This document shows positions 1 through 12,397 of a stretch of 64,000 nucleotides of DNA, one piece after another. The position numbers and the translations under genes were made by a program. Position 1 is the first letter of the stretch. Every line of letters begins with the position of its first letter. The notes under the pieces were generated by a model that was given only the letters and a program-made list of their open reading frames with translations, had not been told where the DNA came from and searched no databases. This stretch comes from Scenedesmus sp. PABB004 (lineage: Eukaryota): NCBI GenBank assembly GCA_014905635.1, contig JABVCE010000004.1:1426001-1490000 (forward strand), read 5' to 3'.

Positions 1-518
1 CGCTGGGCCAAACCGGCGTGCCCGCTGAGATGATGATGATGACACACGAGAGTGGTGGTGTGGGTTGCTGCTGAGCGTGGTTAGGCCTTGACGCGCGCGT
101 GCCTCGACGTGCGCGCGCGGTGCAGGATGCCTGCGAGAGTCCTGCTGTGTCTTGCAGCAGCTTGCCCCCATTGAACGGCGAGAGCGACGCCGAGGTTCTT
201 GAGTCAGCAGCGTCTCTGACGCGCAGACAGCAGCCGCGGTCCACCCCCGCAGCACTGGCATCCCGCTCACACCCAGCGCCACCCAAACATCAGCCGCCGC
301 GCCGAGCACACATCGCCACAGCAGCGCTCACTCGTTTCGACGCGAGCCGCCGCCGGGACCGGCCGCCGCGGCCCCCTGCGGCCCCTGCGCCCTTCTGGTC
401 GTCGATCGCGCACCGTGCGCTGCTCCCGGGCGAGAGCGCAGCAGGCGAGCCGTGCGGCGGCGGCGGCGCCGGGGAGACAGCGGCGCGCTGCTGGCGCAGC
501 GCCCGGCGGCCGCGCGCG

Positions 519-2360
519 ATGTGGCCCCGCGAGATCGCGGAGCTCTGCCTCATCGTGTTCAGCTTCGCTGTGTTCGGCGGTTACCACGTCTGGATGTTCG
601 TGCTCAACGGCAAGGGCAGCCGCGTGCGGGTGCGCGCGCCGGCGCGCCGCGCACGCGATGCAGGAGGCGGCCGCCGCCCAGCGCGCGACCACGCGCCGCC
701 GCCGCCGCCTGCCCTGACGGCGCGCCAGGAGTCGTACAACGACTTTTTCACGGCCGGCAAGCTCGCGCGCTCGATCTGGGCCGAGGCGTGCGCGACGGAC
801 GAGAAGGACGCCATCCTGGGCGTGCAGCAGGCGCGCAACGCGATGACCGCGTGCTCATACCTCGCCATCATCAGCGTCGCGCTCGCGACGGCTGGTGCGG
901 CGGCCTTGCGGCGGCCTTGCGCGCGCGGGCGCCGCCGCAGGCCGCGCGCGCGGGCCGCCGGCCCCCTGGCGGTCCCCGCCAGCGCGCGGCGGCGGCTGTG
1001 ACCGCGCCGGGCGGCGGGCCCTGCCGGCCGCGCCGCAGGGCTGACAATCATCTTTGACGACGCCAAGATCCAGCGCATCCGCCAGCTCAACGTGCGCGCT
1101 GGGGCGCGCGGCGCCGGCCTGCCAGCAGCCAGGCGCCTGCCCGGCGGCTCGCCGCGCGCCGGGCGGCCGGCCAGCCCCTCCCTGACTCCCTCCCTCCCTC
1201 TCCCTCCTCACTCCCTCGCGCGCCGCCTCCTCGCGCCCTCGCGCCCTCTCGCAGGAGAATGACGCAATCCTGCGCCACCTCGCCGGCCCGCTGCTCGTGC
1301 AGCCGACCGTCACGATCGCGCTCTCCCTGGGCGCCCTGTACGGGTCGTTCATCTGCTTCGCCCAGTCGGTGCGACTCTACGTGCACACGGTGAGCGGCGG
1401 CCCGCGCCGCGCCCCACGGCGCGGTTCGCTGCGCGGCCAGCTGCCCGCGCGCGCGCGCCGGCCCGCCTCGACGAGCCGCCCCACGCGCGCCAGGGCTTCT
1501 ACGTCCGCGCCGTGACGAGCCGCTTCAACCCCGGCACGCTGACCGTGCGCGAGGCCAAGCGCGTGACCGTGCGCGCGGGCGTGGCGTTCTCGGTGCGGGG
1601 GCCGCCGGCGCGCCGGCGCGGGCGCTGCTCGCGCTGCGCGGCGCACCGCCTGCGGCCGACGCCGCCGCCGCCGGCGGGGCCGCCGGCGCTGGCACCGCAG
1701 GTCGGGCTGCGCCTCTTTTACCTCTTCATCCCCACGGTGCGCGCGCCGCTCTCTTGCAGGACAGCTTGCAGGACGGCGGCGCGCAGGGCGGCAGCGCGCA
1801 GGGCGCGGGGCCGAGCAGCGCGCCGCGCCGCGCCGCGCAGATCATGTGGTCGATCGGCGTGACCGCGCTGCTGGTGTCGTCGGTGGCGATGACAGGCATC
1901 ATCGCCTGGATGGACCACTTTGACGGGCCCCTCGCCGGCGACGGCCCCGGCGACGAGGAGGAGGGCGCGCCGCTCTGCTCAGTGCTCGCGCGCGAGAGCG
2001 CGGCGCACGCCGCGACGGCGGCGCACGCCGCCGCCGCCGCCGCGGGCGCGGGCGGGGGGGCGGGCGCGACGGACGGCAGCGTGCGCTCGCCGCACGCGCC
2101 GGCGCCCGGCGGCGCGGCGGACGTCAGCCGCAGCGGCAGCGCGGAGGCGCTGCAGCTCGCGCAGTTTGCGCACACGCAGCAGCGGCCGCCCGCCGCCGAA
2201 GGCGCCGGCAGCAGGCTGCAGCGCGAGGTGCGCCACGGCGAGGGCGGCGGGGCGCACACCTGGCGCGCGCGCCGTGCCCGACGCGCCACGCTGCCCCGCC
2301 CCGCTGCGCCGCCGCCAGGCCCTCGACAGCGAGACGGTGATGACCAACAGTATGGTGTGA
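519..2360 (+). CDS. DUF599-family membrane protein, about 8 exons
   Basis: N-terminal TM helix ending GGYHVW; ARSIW..DEKDAILGVQQARNAMTACSYLA; FICFAQSVRLYVH; VGLRLFYLFIP|IMWSIG; stop at 2360; TGTAA at 2448. Confidence 0.75.
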
Positions 2361-2447
2361 TGAGGCGTGCGCTGGCGCGACGTGGGTGGCTATACGCGGC
2401 GTGCGGCGCGCGAGAGCCCTGGCCGCCCTGACAGCCCCGCGGCGTGC

Positions 2448-2452
2448 TGTAA
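2448..2452 (+). promoter_or_regulatory. TGTAA chlorophyte polyadenylation signal for the DUF599 gene
   Basis: TGTAA about 90 nt after the stop codon. Confidence 0.6.
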
Positions 2453-2487
2453 AAGCGCGCGCTGCACGGCGCCGCCGCCGCGCTGCG

Positions 2488-2492
2488 TTACA
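2488..2492 (-). promoter_or_regulatory. TGTAA polyadenylation signal for the riboflavin kinase fusion gene
   Basis: TTACA on the + strand just downstream of the stop at 2503. Confidence 0.6.
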
Positions 2493-2502
2493 CGCCGCGC
2501 GG

Positions 2503-4132
2503 TCAGCTCGCGCGCGCGCGGAACGATGCGTGGCCGCGCAGCGCCGCGGCGGCGGGCTCGTCCAGCTGCGCGCGCGCGACGCCGATGTCGGCCCGGATGC
2601 GCGCGAGCAGCTGCGGCAGCCCCGCGAAGCGCACCTCGGGCCGGATGAAGCCCGCCGCGACGACGCGCAGCGTGGCGCCGTAAAACTCCTCACCGCTGAA
2701 CGCGTGCAGCACGTGCACCTCCACCGTCGCGTCCTCGTCGCCCGCGTTGACCGTCGGGCGGCGCCCCACGTTCATCACCATCTTGTGCACCCCGCTGTCG
2801 ACCGCGGGCCACCCCGGCGGCGCGTCGAGCTGCGCCCAGCCAAAGTAGACGCCCCGCGGCAGCGCCGCGAGCGCGCCGCCGAGGGCCCCGCCGGGGTCGA
2901 GGTTGGCCGTCGGCACGCCCAGCTGGCGGCTGCCGCGGCCAAAGCCCGTCACGACGTGCGCCTCGAGCGCGAGCGGCGCGCCGGGGAAGGCGTAGCCCGG
3001 CGGGACCTGCGCGGCGGCGGGCGGGCGGGCGCTCAGCGCGGAGGCGCAGCAGCAGGCCGCCGTCCCCGCCCCGTCCATGCGGCGGCGCCCCCGCCGCAGC
3101 GCGCGCGCGCGCGGCGGCGAGCGCGGCGCGCCTGCAGCACCGCGGCGTAGAGCTCGGGCTCGTCCACGAGGCTCACCAGCCGCAGCGGCAGCCCCGCCAG
3201 CAGCGCGCGCAGCGCGGCGGCGTCGGGGAGCTCGTGCGGCACGATGCTCGGCTGCTGCGCCGCGAGCCCCGCGTGCCACGCGCGCCCGAGCGGGTGGCTG
3301 AGCACGGCGTGCCCGCCCGGGCGCAGCAGCAGCGCCGCCTTGAGCAGCGCGGCGGCGGGGTCGGGGAGGTTTCCAAACACCGCGTTCATCGTCACCGCGT
3401 CGACGGGGCCCATGTACGCGGGCAGGTCCAGGAAGTCGCCCGCCCACGTGCGCACGCCTGCGCCGCGTCCGGCGGCGCATCGGGCGGCGCGGTCGCGCAG
3501 CCGGGCGCGGCGGCGGCGCGGCGCATCGGGCGGCGCGGTCGCGCAGCCGGGCGCGGCGGCGGCGCGTTGGCGGCAGCGGCGGCGCCAGGCGCGTCTGCGC
3601 ACCCGGGTCGTTGCCGCACGTGCCGGGCGGCGGGAAGCGGGCGGCGAGCTGCTCCAGCATCGGCGCCGCGGCGTCGACGGCGAGCACGTCGGCGACGCCC
3701 GCGGCGCGCAGGTGCGGCAGCAGGCAGCCCGTGCCCGCGCCGACATCGATCACGCGGCTCGCCGCGCCCAGGCCTGGGATCGCCGCCACGATGCGCGCGA
3801 GGCGCTGCTCGATGTCGGGCGGCAGGGGCTTCAGGAACTCTGCGACCACCTCGGGCCGGCCAAAGAGCGCCGCCTGCGCGGCCGCGCCGGCCGACGCGCC
3901 GGGCTGCGGCTCCGCGGCCGCCGCCGACGCCTGCGGCGGCGCACGGGCGCGGCGGCTGCGCGCTCGGCGACAGGCCACTGAGCGACAGATGGGCAGGCGG
4001 GCAACCGGCGCGCACCTGGCAGCCACGCGCCCGCTGCCGCTGCTGCGCCGCCGCCGGCGCGCCGGCCGGCAGCGGCCAGCGCGGCCTGGCCGGCGACGAG
4101 CAGCAGCTCCACGCCGCGCGCCGGCTCAGCAT
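2503..4132 (-). CDS. Class I SAM-dependent methyltransferase domain fused to riboflavin kinase, with probable transit peptide; 4 exons
   Basis: VIDVGAGTG and VLAVD (methyltransferase motifs); GFGRGSRQLGVPTANL, GVYFGWA, MNVGRRPT, EVHVLH, GFIRPE (riboflavin kinase motifs). Confidence 0.85.
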
Positions 4133-4381
4133 CGCCGCGAGCCTGCTGCACGCCCGCACGGCCGTTGCGCGGCGCTTGCTGCTGCTGCTCGCGTCCCGCG
4201 TTGCTCTCGAGGGCTGCTTCGCTCCCGCAAGGCACCGGGCTGAGCGGCGCTGTGCACTGTGAACTGGAGTGCCGGCGGCGCAGCCTGCGCCCTGTGCCCT
4301 GCCGACCGCGGCCCAGCGGCAACTCACGCGTCACGCCGCCGCGCTCTCTCCCTCGCTCCCGCCCTCCTCCCTCGCGTGCCC

Positions 4382-7300
4382 TCACTGGCCGCCGCCGCCC
4401 TTGCTCGCCGCGGCCTCGGCCTCGAGCTGGGCGTTCAGCGCGGCGTAATCGACCGCCGCGCCGGTGCGCCGCCGCTTGGAGCGCCCGCCCTCCGGCACCG
4501 CCGCCGCACCCGCGCCCGCGTCCGCCTCCGCGCCCGCGCCCGCCGCCGCGCCCGCGCCCGCGCCCGCGGCCGCGTCCGCCGCCTCGCCCGCGCCACCGGC
4601 CTCGCCCGCGGCGGCCGCCTCGGCCGCGGCCGCCTCGGCGGCTGCCTTGTGCCGCGCGAGCGCCGCGGCGCGCTTGGCGGCGAGCTTGGCGGCGCGCTCC
4701 TCGCGCCGCTTGGCCTCCAGCTCGCGCTCTGCGGCGGCGGGTCGGTCGGCGGTGTGCGTTGAAGGGGGGGGGCAGCGTTGGCGGGTGGGTCGGGCGGGCC
4801 CTGTGCCCCGGACCCGGCGCGCGCGCGCGCGCGGCGCCCGCCGCCGCCGCCGCCGCACCGATGCGCGGCTCGGCCGGGTCCCACGCCTGGCTGTGCGGCT
4901 CCGCGAGCCCGCGCACGTGCGCGGCGACGCTGCGCGCAAACGCGCTGACGAGGCCGCCGTTGATGTTGTAGCCGCCCTCGAGCACGCTCACGACGCGCCC
5001 GCCGCACACGCGGTTGGCGACCTGCACGATCTGGTCGGTCAGCCACTCGTAGTCGGCCTCCGTCACGCCGATGTACCTGCAAGGGGGCGCAGGGCGGGGC
5101 GCGCAGGGCGGCAACCGGCCTTGAGGAAAGGCGCAGGCGGGCGGCTGGACGAGAGGGCGCAGGCGTCGCTGGCGCGGCGCGGCGCGGCGCGCGCGCCTGA
5201 AGTTGATTTCGTCCTTGCGGTGCGCGTCAAAGCCGGCGCTGACGAGGATGAGGTCCGGCCGGAAGTTGACCAGTGCCGGCAGCACCTGTGTGTGCCGACC
5301 GCGCGGCGCGGCACGCCCGCGGTCAGCGCGTGCCGCGCAAGCCAGCGCGGCGGCGCGGCGGCGCAGCGGCGGCGCGCGCGCGTGCGCGCGCCTTGTCGCG
5401 CCAGGCGTGGCGCCAGAGTCCCGGGTGGTAGCCGGGGCCGGGGATGCCGACCTCGATCAGCCGCGGGCCCACGAGCGGCGGGTCGTCGGCGGTGGTGGGC
5501 GGGAACTCATTGTCAGGGTCCTCGGGGACCTGCCGGGGGTGCAAGGCGGCGGCGGCGAGGCGGCGGAGGGGGGCTGGTGGGAAGAGGGGGAGTGGGGGGG
5601 GGGGGGACGGCGGTGCCGCAGGGTCCCAGCCCCATCCCGCCCGCGCTCCGCCGCGCGCACCAGCTCGGCCGCGGCGCCGTTGGCCGCCGGCGCGCCGGCC
5701 TCGGCCTTGACGCGCGCGGGCGCGGGCGCCGCGCCGTTGGCGCCGCCCGCCGCGCCCTCCGCGCCGGCGTCCGCCGCCTCGGCCGCGGCGGCGGCCTCGG
5801 CCTTGGCCTGCGCCGCAGCCTTGGCCTCGGCCTCGGCCTTCTCCTGCGCGGCGCGCAGCTGCGCCGTGTCGCACGTCGCGCCCGAGCCGGGGTACACATA
5901 CACATCTGCGGCCGGCCGGGCAGCCGGGCGGGCGGGCGGGCACGCCGGGCCGGCCCGGTGGCGCACGCGTCAGGCGGCGCCGCCGCCAGCGCCCGCGCGC
6001 GCGCGCGCGCGCGCGCACCCGGCATGGCGGCGCTCTTGGGTCCGTAGCCCTGCACGCTCGCGAAGAGCACGTTGTCGTCGTCGTCCACGTCAAACCAGGG
6101 CGCGTAGGTGTTGTACACGTGAACGCCCTCGCTCAGCGGCGTGCTGAACGGCACGCGCAGCGTCCCCGGCGCGGTGTTGGACACGCACGCGCGCGTGCCG
6201 TTGCCGTGGTGCACGTCGAAATCGAGGATCGCGACACGCTGGATGCCCGCGTGCCTGCGCGGCCGCGCGCGGCGGCCGCGGCGGCCCGTCAGAGCGCCGC
6301 CCCCGGCGACGGCCGCGGCGCGGCCGGCGACCGCGAACGCCGCGTCACCGCCGCCGCCGCGCGCGTGCGCAGCGGGTGCGGCGCGCGTGCGCAGCGCGTG
6401 CGCACCGGTGCACGTTCATGGCGTAGGCCGCCGCGATGGCGACGTTGTTGAGCAGGCAGAAGCCGTGGCTGCCGGCGCGGTCCTTGCGGCTGGGCACGAC
6501 GCCGCGCGGGCCCGCGTGGTGCCCCGGCGGGCGCACCGCGCAGAACGCGTTGGCCGCCGCGCCCGACACGACGCGGTCGACCGCGACGCACACCGACGCG
6601 GCGGCGCGCAGCGCGACGTGGAACGTGTGGTGGCTGACCGCGGTGTCGGGGTCGAGGTGCGCGACCGCGTCGGCGCGGTCGGGGATGGCCTGGCACGCGA
6701 GCTGCGCGCGCGGCGCGGCGCGGCGCGGCGCGGCGCGGCGCGGGGAGGGCGGCCGTGGGGCCGTGGCGGGGCGCCGTCGGCGTCAACCCCCTCGCTGAGC
6801 GCCGCGCGGCGCGCGGCGCCGCACCTGCAGGCCGCGCACGTAGTTCCAGTCGTGCACGCGCAGCACGTCGCCGATCGGCGCGGGCGACACGCTCGTCTCC
6901 CACGCGAGCCGGCCGGCGAGGCCGCGCGCCGTGAGCGCGCCGCGCCCCGGGGACACGAGCACACGCAGCCGCTCCACGTTTTCGGGCGGCGGGTGCACGC
7001 CGCGCGGCAGCGGGTCGGGGCAGGTGCGGTGCAGCTCGCACTCCGGCGGCGCGACGATGAGCGTCGGCCGCCGCGCCGCGGGCGGGTCGTTGCCGCCGCC
7101 GTCGGCGGCGCCCGCGGCGGCCGCGGCGGCGGCCGCCGCCGCGCTGTCGCCGCCCGCCGCGGCGGCGGCCGCCGCGCTGCTGAGCAGCGCCGCGAGGCCC
7201 GTGTGCCCGCGGCGCGCCGCGAGGTCGGAGGGCGAGAAGCCCTTGCGGTCCGGCAGCAGCACCGCGCCCGGCACCGCGCGCAGCAGGCGCTGCGCCGACG

Positions 7301-8661
7301 CGGCGCCGCCGTAGAACGCGGCCGTGCCGAGCGGCGTGAGCCCGGCCTTGTTCTTAGCGGCCGCCGCCTCGGCGGCGCTCGGCGTCGCGGGGCCGCCCGC
7401 GAGCAGCAGCTCCAGCACGGCCGCCTGGTCGCAGCGCGCCGCGGCGTGCAGCACGTTGTCGCCGTTGTTGTCCTGCACACGCGTGCGAACGCGCGGCGGT
7501 GAGCGCCCGGGCCCGCCGCCCGCTGCTGCCCGCTGCCCGCTGCCCGCCGCCCGCTCGCTGCTGGCTGCCTGCCTGCCGCCCGCAGCTGCGCCCCCCCCCC
7601 CACACACACACACACCACACCCACACCCACCCACCTGCATCTCCAGCAGGTTGGGCAGCTCCAGCTGCGGCGGCTCCGCGCCCGCCTCGCCGTCGGCGGC
7701 CGCCGCCGCGGCCACGCGCGCGGTGAGCGCCGCGGCCGCCTCGGTGCTCGCCTCCAGCAGCAGCCGGCACACGTCAGTGAGCCCCAGCTCCGCCGACCAG
7801 TGCAGCGCGAGGCGACCGCAGTCGTCCCTGCGCGCGGGCGGGCGGGCTGGCGCTCGCGCACGCGCACGCACGCCCCCGCCGCCGCCCCCGCGGCGCAAAC
7901 CGCCCCCCGCACCGCTGGATCGGGTCGGCGCCGCTGGCGAGCAGCAGCTTGACCAGCTCCAGCGCCACGTCCTCGCGCCCCGGCAGCGCGCCGGTGCATG
8001 CCGCCATGTGCAGCGCGGGGCAGCCGTCGCAGTCGGCCGACGCGCTCGCCTGCGCCGCCAGCAGCAGCCGCGCGCAGCCCGCGTGCCCTGCGTGCAGCGT
8101 GGGAAGCGGCGCGCCTCGCGGCGTGGGCGGCGCCACGCGCCGCAGCGAGCGCGCAGCGCGCCCGCCCGCCCGCCCGCCCGCGGCGCGGACCGTGCAGGAT
8201 CGCGACGTGCAGCGGCGTGCACTCCGCCTGGTCCTTGGCCTGCAGGTACGGGTCGTCGCTGCCGGGCAGCGCGACCGGCGCCTCCTCGCCCTCGGCGCCG
8301 TCCTGCGCGCGCGCGGGCGGCCGTCGGCGGCGCCCGCGGCGCGCGGCGGCGGGGGCGGCGCTGCGCCGCTGCCGCCCCGCGGGGCCCGCCGCACCGTCTC
8401 CATGCGCTGCGCCAGCTGCGCCGCGCGCGCCTCCAGCAGCGCCTTCAGCGCCTCCTCGTCGCCCGCGGCGGCGGCGTCGTGGAAAACGCTGGCGGCGGCG
8501 CGCGTGGCAGCAGCAGCGGCGGCGCGCGTGGGCAGCAGCAGCGGCGCTGCTGCGCGGCGGCGCGCGGCGCCGGGCTGCCCCGCCCCGCGCGCTCACAAGA
8601 GGTCTCCGGGCTCGTCATCGCTGCCGCTGCCGCTGAAGGACGGCCCGGAGTCGCTGTCCAT
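4382..8661 (-). CDS. Ankyrin-repeat, class II-like histone deacetylase
   Basis: Ankyrin repeats TPLHVAILHG, GRLALHW, GDNVLHAAA, GLTPL; HDAC motifs RPPGHHAG, GFCLLNN, DFDVHHGNGT, SAGFDAH, LEGGY. Confidence 0.9.
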
Positions 8662-9134
8662 CGTGGTGAGCAGCCGGCGCCTGCTGCCTCGCGGCGCGCG
8701 CTCAGCGGCGATCTGGGCGCCAACGGCAGCGCGCGCTGCCTCGTTCTTCACGCCTCGGCGCCTCGGCGCCCTTCCGGCTTCACCTTCGTTACGCCCGTCG
8801 CTGTCGCGCGCAGGGGCCCCCCCACCCCCCGCGTGGCCGCCCCCTGCGCACAGAGCCGTCCCCGAGAGCACAGTCAGGCACGCCCCGCGGCCGGAGCGTG
8901 CCGCGCCAGCCCGAGCCCTCCCCGGCCCGCTCGCCCCCGCGCCCTGCGCGCCCGCCCGCCCCGCCCGGGCGTGCCCTCGACACCGGCCGTCCCGCCCCGG
9001 GCGCGCGGGCCCGTGCCGTGCCGCCGCTGCGCCGGCGGGCCGGCCGAGCGCCCACGCGAGGCCGCCGGGGCGCGACGGGGGCGCCCTGCCTGGGCAGCAC
9101 CGCTGGCCGCCGGCCAGTCGGGCGCGTGGCCTGA

Positions 9135-10192
9135 ATGTCTGTTGTCGCCCAGAGCCCCTTCACGAGCGGCAAGCGGCTGTTCGAGGAGCAGGACGCCAGC
9201 CCCGCCGAGGGCGGCTCGGGGCTGGGCCTGAAGCGCGCCCGCTTCGACAGCCCCTCGGGGCGCTGCCGCGGCGGCGGCGGACCGCCGGGGCAGCAGCAGC
9301 AGCAGTGCCGGCCGCACCCATCTGCTGTCGCCGCGCTCAAGGCGCTCTTCCCGGACATGGACGAGCAGGTGCGCCGCGCCCCGCGGCGCAGGGGGCCGGG
9401 GGCGCGCGCTCGCCGGCGGCGCCACGCGCTGCGGGCCGCGCGGAGCGCCACCCGACGGCGACCGCCGCCGCCGCCGCACGCCGCGCGCGCGCGCAGGCCG
9501 TTGAGAGCGTGCTGGCGGAGTGCGGGCAGGACATCGACGCCGCGATCCGGCGGCTCACGCACCTGAAGCTCAGCAACGCCGAGGCGGTCGCGGCGGCGGC
9601 CAACGGCGGCCCGCCGCAGCATCAGCAGCAGCAGCAGCAGCAGCCGCAGCAGCACGCGCCGCGCGCCGCGGCCAACAGCGGCGGCAGCGACACCGCGCAC
9701 GTCGCGGACGACCGCCAGGCGGCCGCCGCGGCGGCGGAGCAGCAGCAGCAGCAGGCGCAGGCGCAGCAGGCGGCGGCGGCGGCGCAGGCGGCGCTGCCGC
9801 AGACGGCGGAGCAGTGGGTCGACGCGCTGGTGCAGGAGATGGCGGCGGCCCAGGACTTTGCGGACGCGCGCGGCCGCGCCGGCAAGATGCTGCAGGCGTT
9901 CGAGGCCTTCGTCTCGGCGCGCGCCAAGGACGCGCCCGGCGGCGGCGCCGGGCGGCTGGACGAGGCGCTGCGGGAGAACGCGATCCTCAAGCGCGCGGTG
10001 CAGATACAGAACGCCAAGCTCCAGGAGGCCGCGGCCAAGGACCAGGAGCTGTCGGGGCTGAAGCAGGTGCTGGGGCAGTACCAGGAGCGCCTGCGCCACC
10101 TCGAGCTCTCCAACTACTCCCTCGCCCTGCACCTCCAAAAGGCGACCGACGACCGCTCCGCCACCGCCAACCGCCCGCCCGACGTCTTCTGA
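9135..10192 (+). CDS. CUE (ubiquitin-binding) domain plus coiled-coil protein; 2 exons
   Basis: LKALFPDMDEQ|AVESVLAECGQDIDAAI; WVDALVQEM; ENAILKRAVQIQ; LELSNYSLALHL; C-terminal PPDVF as in plant CUE proteins. Confidence 0.85.
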
Positions 10193-10661
10193 GCCCCCGC
10201 CGCGGCGCGCCGCGCGCGCGGGCGGAGGGGGAGGGCCTGGAGCGGGCCCGGCGGGGCGGCGGCTAGCGCCTGGGGCGGCGACGGGGGCGGGCGGGCGCAA
10301 GAGGACGCGCAGCGTGCGTGCGGCGGCGGCGCTGCCTAGGCTAGAGATAGAGGACGGGCAGGATGTGCGCCGCCCGGCGGCGGCGCAGTTGGCGCTCGCG
10401 CGAGCGCGCGGCTTGGCTTGGCGGGCGGGGCGGGGCGGGCCTGCGATTCAGCGCGGCTGCGGCGGCGCCCGTCCGACTAGACTGTACCAACAAGTAGCTT
10501 GCAGACGACGCGGTAATGCTCTCAGTGCGTTGCACGTCGCCCCCGCGGCTGCCTCGCGGCGGCCGCCCGCCCGCCGTCGCTGACAGACAGATCACCCGGC
10601 GCCCACACGATCAAGGAATACCCGGCCCCCCGCGCCGCGCCGCGCCGCGCCGCCGCCGCGG

Positions 10662-12114
10662 TCAGGGCGCTGTGTAGGGGCGGCTGCGCAGGTAGCACTC
10701 GTTCTTGCGCGCCGCGAGCGCGGGGTCGGACGCGTCGAGCGGCTGCGGCACGACCTCAAACACGCGCGGCCAGTACTTGCCCGTCACAAAGAGGCGCTGG
10801 CGCTGGTGGTCCCACGCGATGCCTGCGGCGCGGCGCGGCGCGGGCGCGGGCTCGGCGGCGGCGGCAGGGGGGGCACGCGCGCCATGCGCGCTGACGCTGC
10901 GCGCGCGTGCGCTGTGCTGGCAAGACCCGCCGCACCGTTGAGCACATCCATGTCAGCGCCGAGGTTGCGGCGCAGCAGGCTGTCGCGCAGGCCCTGCATC
11001 AGCAGCCAGCCCTTGACGCGCCCCGACTCGGGGCAGATGCGCGCGATGCAGTTGGTCTGCCACACGTTGGCCCAGAGCTCGCCGCCGATCATCTCAAGCT
11101 GCGCCGGCGGCGCGGCGCGCGCGGCGCGCGCGTCGGCCGCGCGCGAGCGGCCGCGCAGGGCCGGCGCCGCGCGCCGCCAGCCCGCCAGCGCGCTGGCCAG
11201 CCAGCGCAGCCAGGTCGTGCGCCGCGGCGCGGCGCGGCGCGGCCCCGCCGTGGCAGCAGGGACCAGCGCACCTCGTTGAGGTACTCGACGGTGCGGGTGC
11301 CGTCATTGACGACGACGCGCTTCACCGCGGCAAAGCCCTTGGCCGGGTCGACCCACGTGAGCGTGTCGGAGCCGTCCGACAGCACGAGCAGCTTGTCGTC
11401 GGTCGTGATGCCCCAGCCGTCGCGCAGCGGCGTGCTGAACGTGCCGAGCTGCTTGAGGTCGGGCACGCTGTAGATGAAGCCGGTGTTGGTCTGCCAGGTG
11501 ATCTGGTACAGCCGGTTGCCGAGGCGCGTCGCGCCCTCGCCAAACCACTGGTCGCCCATGCCCGTCTGCTTCAGCACCGCGCCCGTGTCCACGTCCACCA
11601 GCCGCATGTTGCTGTGGCCGTACATGCCTGCGTGCCGGCGCGGCGCCACCGCACAAGCCGGTGAGCTGCGCCGCCGGGCGGCGGTTGGCCCGCGAGCAGC
11701 GGCCGGCGGCAGCGGCGTGCCGGCCGGCGGCCCCCGTGCGGGCGCGCGGCGCGGCGCCGCTGCGCCGCCGCGCTCCCGGCACGCCCCGGGCCCTGGGCGC
11801 GCCTGTGGACTCCCAGAACACCGCGCGGCAGTCCGACTGCGCCCCGGGGGGGCCGCTGCAGAGCGTGTCATACTGCAGACCTGCGGGGCGGCGGGGGCGT
11901 CACGCCGGTGCGCCGGGGCGTGCGGGGAGGCGCCCAGGGGCGCGCCCGCACCCTGCGTGAACGCGCGGGCGTCGTGCGGGTACTCCGCGACCACCTCGTA
12001 GCCGTAGAGCTCCAGCCCGTCGCTCTGGGCGCTGCTGGGGCAGTTCTGGCACGCCACGGCTGCGAACAGGCACGCCACCCAGGCCGCGGGCGCCCAGGCG
12101 CGCCGCGGCCCCAT
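10662..12114 (-). CDS. Plant/bacterial-type glutaminyl-peptide cyclotransferase with signal peptide
   Basis: YPHDARAFTQGL, ESTG, FGEG, GWGIT, LNELE, VLNGIAWD, VTGKYWP. Confidence 0.92.
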
Positions 12115-12397
12115 CCCGGCTGCTGCTGCCGGCCGCAGGCGGGCAGGGGGCGCGGTCGCGGGGCGAGGAGCTGGCCGCGTCGAGCGTCAGTTGCGCGGTT
12201 GCACGCCGCCGCCGGCACTCTGCGCGCCGCGCGCGGCCGCCAGTGGCTGGACCAGCGGCGGCGCCGGTGAACCCCCAGGCCCTGGGCGCGGGCCGCGCCG
12301 CGCCGCGCGCCGCGCGCGCCCGCGGGGCCCAGGGCCTGGCCCCACCCGCGTGGCCGGCGTCGCGCCGAGACAGCCCCGCGCGCTCGCGGCGCCACGG

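Noticed and set aside
28..75. C/D snoRNA candidate (ATGATGA...CTGA), and another at 2355-2431
   Set aside because: The first is a short GAT microsatellite; the second overlaps tandem stop codons; neither has a convincing terminal stem
3474..3566. Short intronic direct duplications (also about 49012-49150) as introner or MITE elements
   Set aside because: Local duplications only; no terminal inverted repeats or shared intron family seen
8593..8595. In-frame TGA as possible selenocysteine or recoding (also 44404, 46486)
   Set aside because: Each lies within an intron or its GTGAG donor
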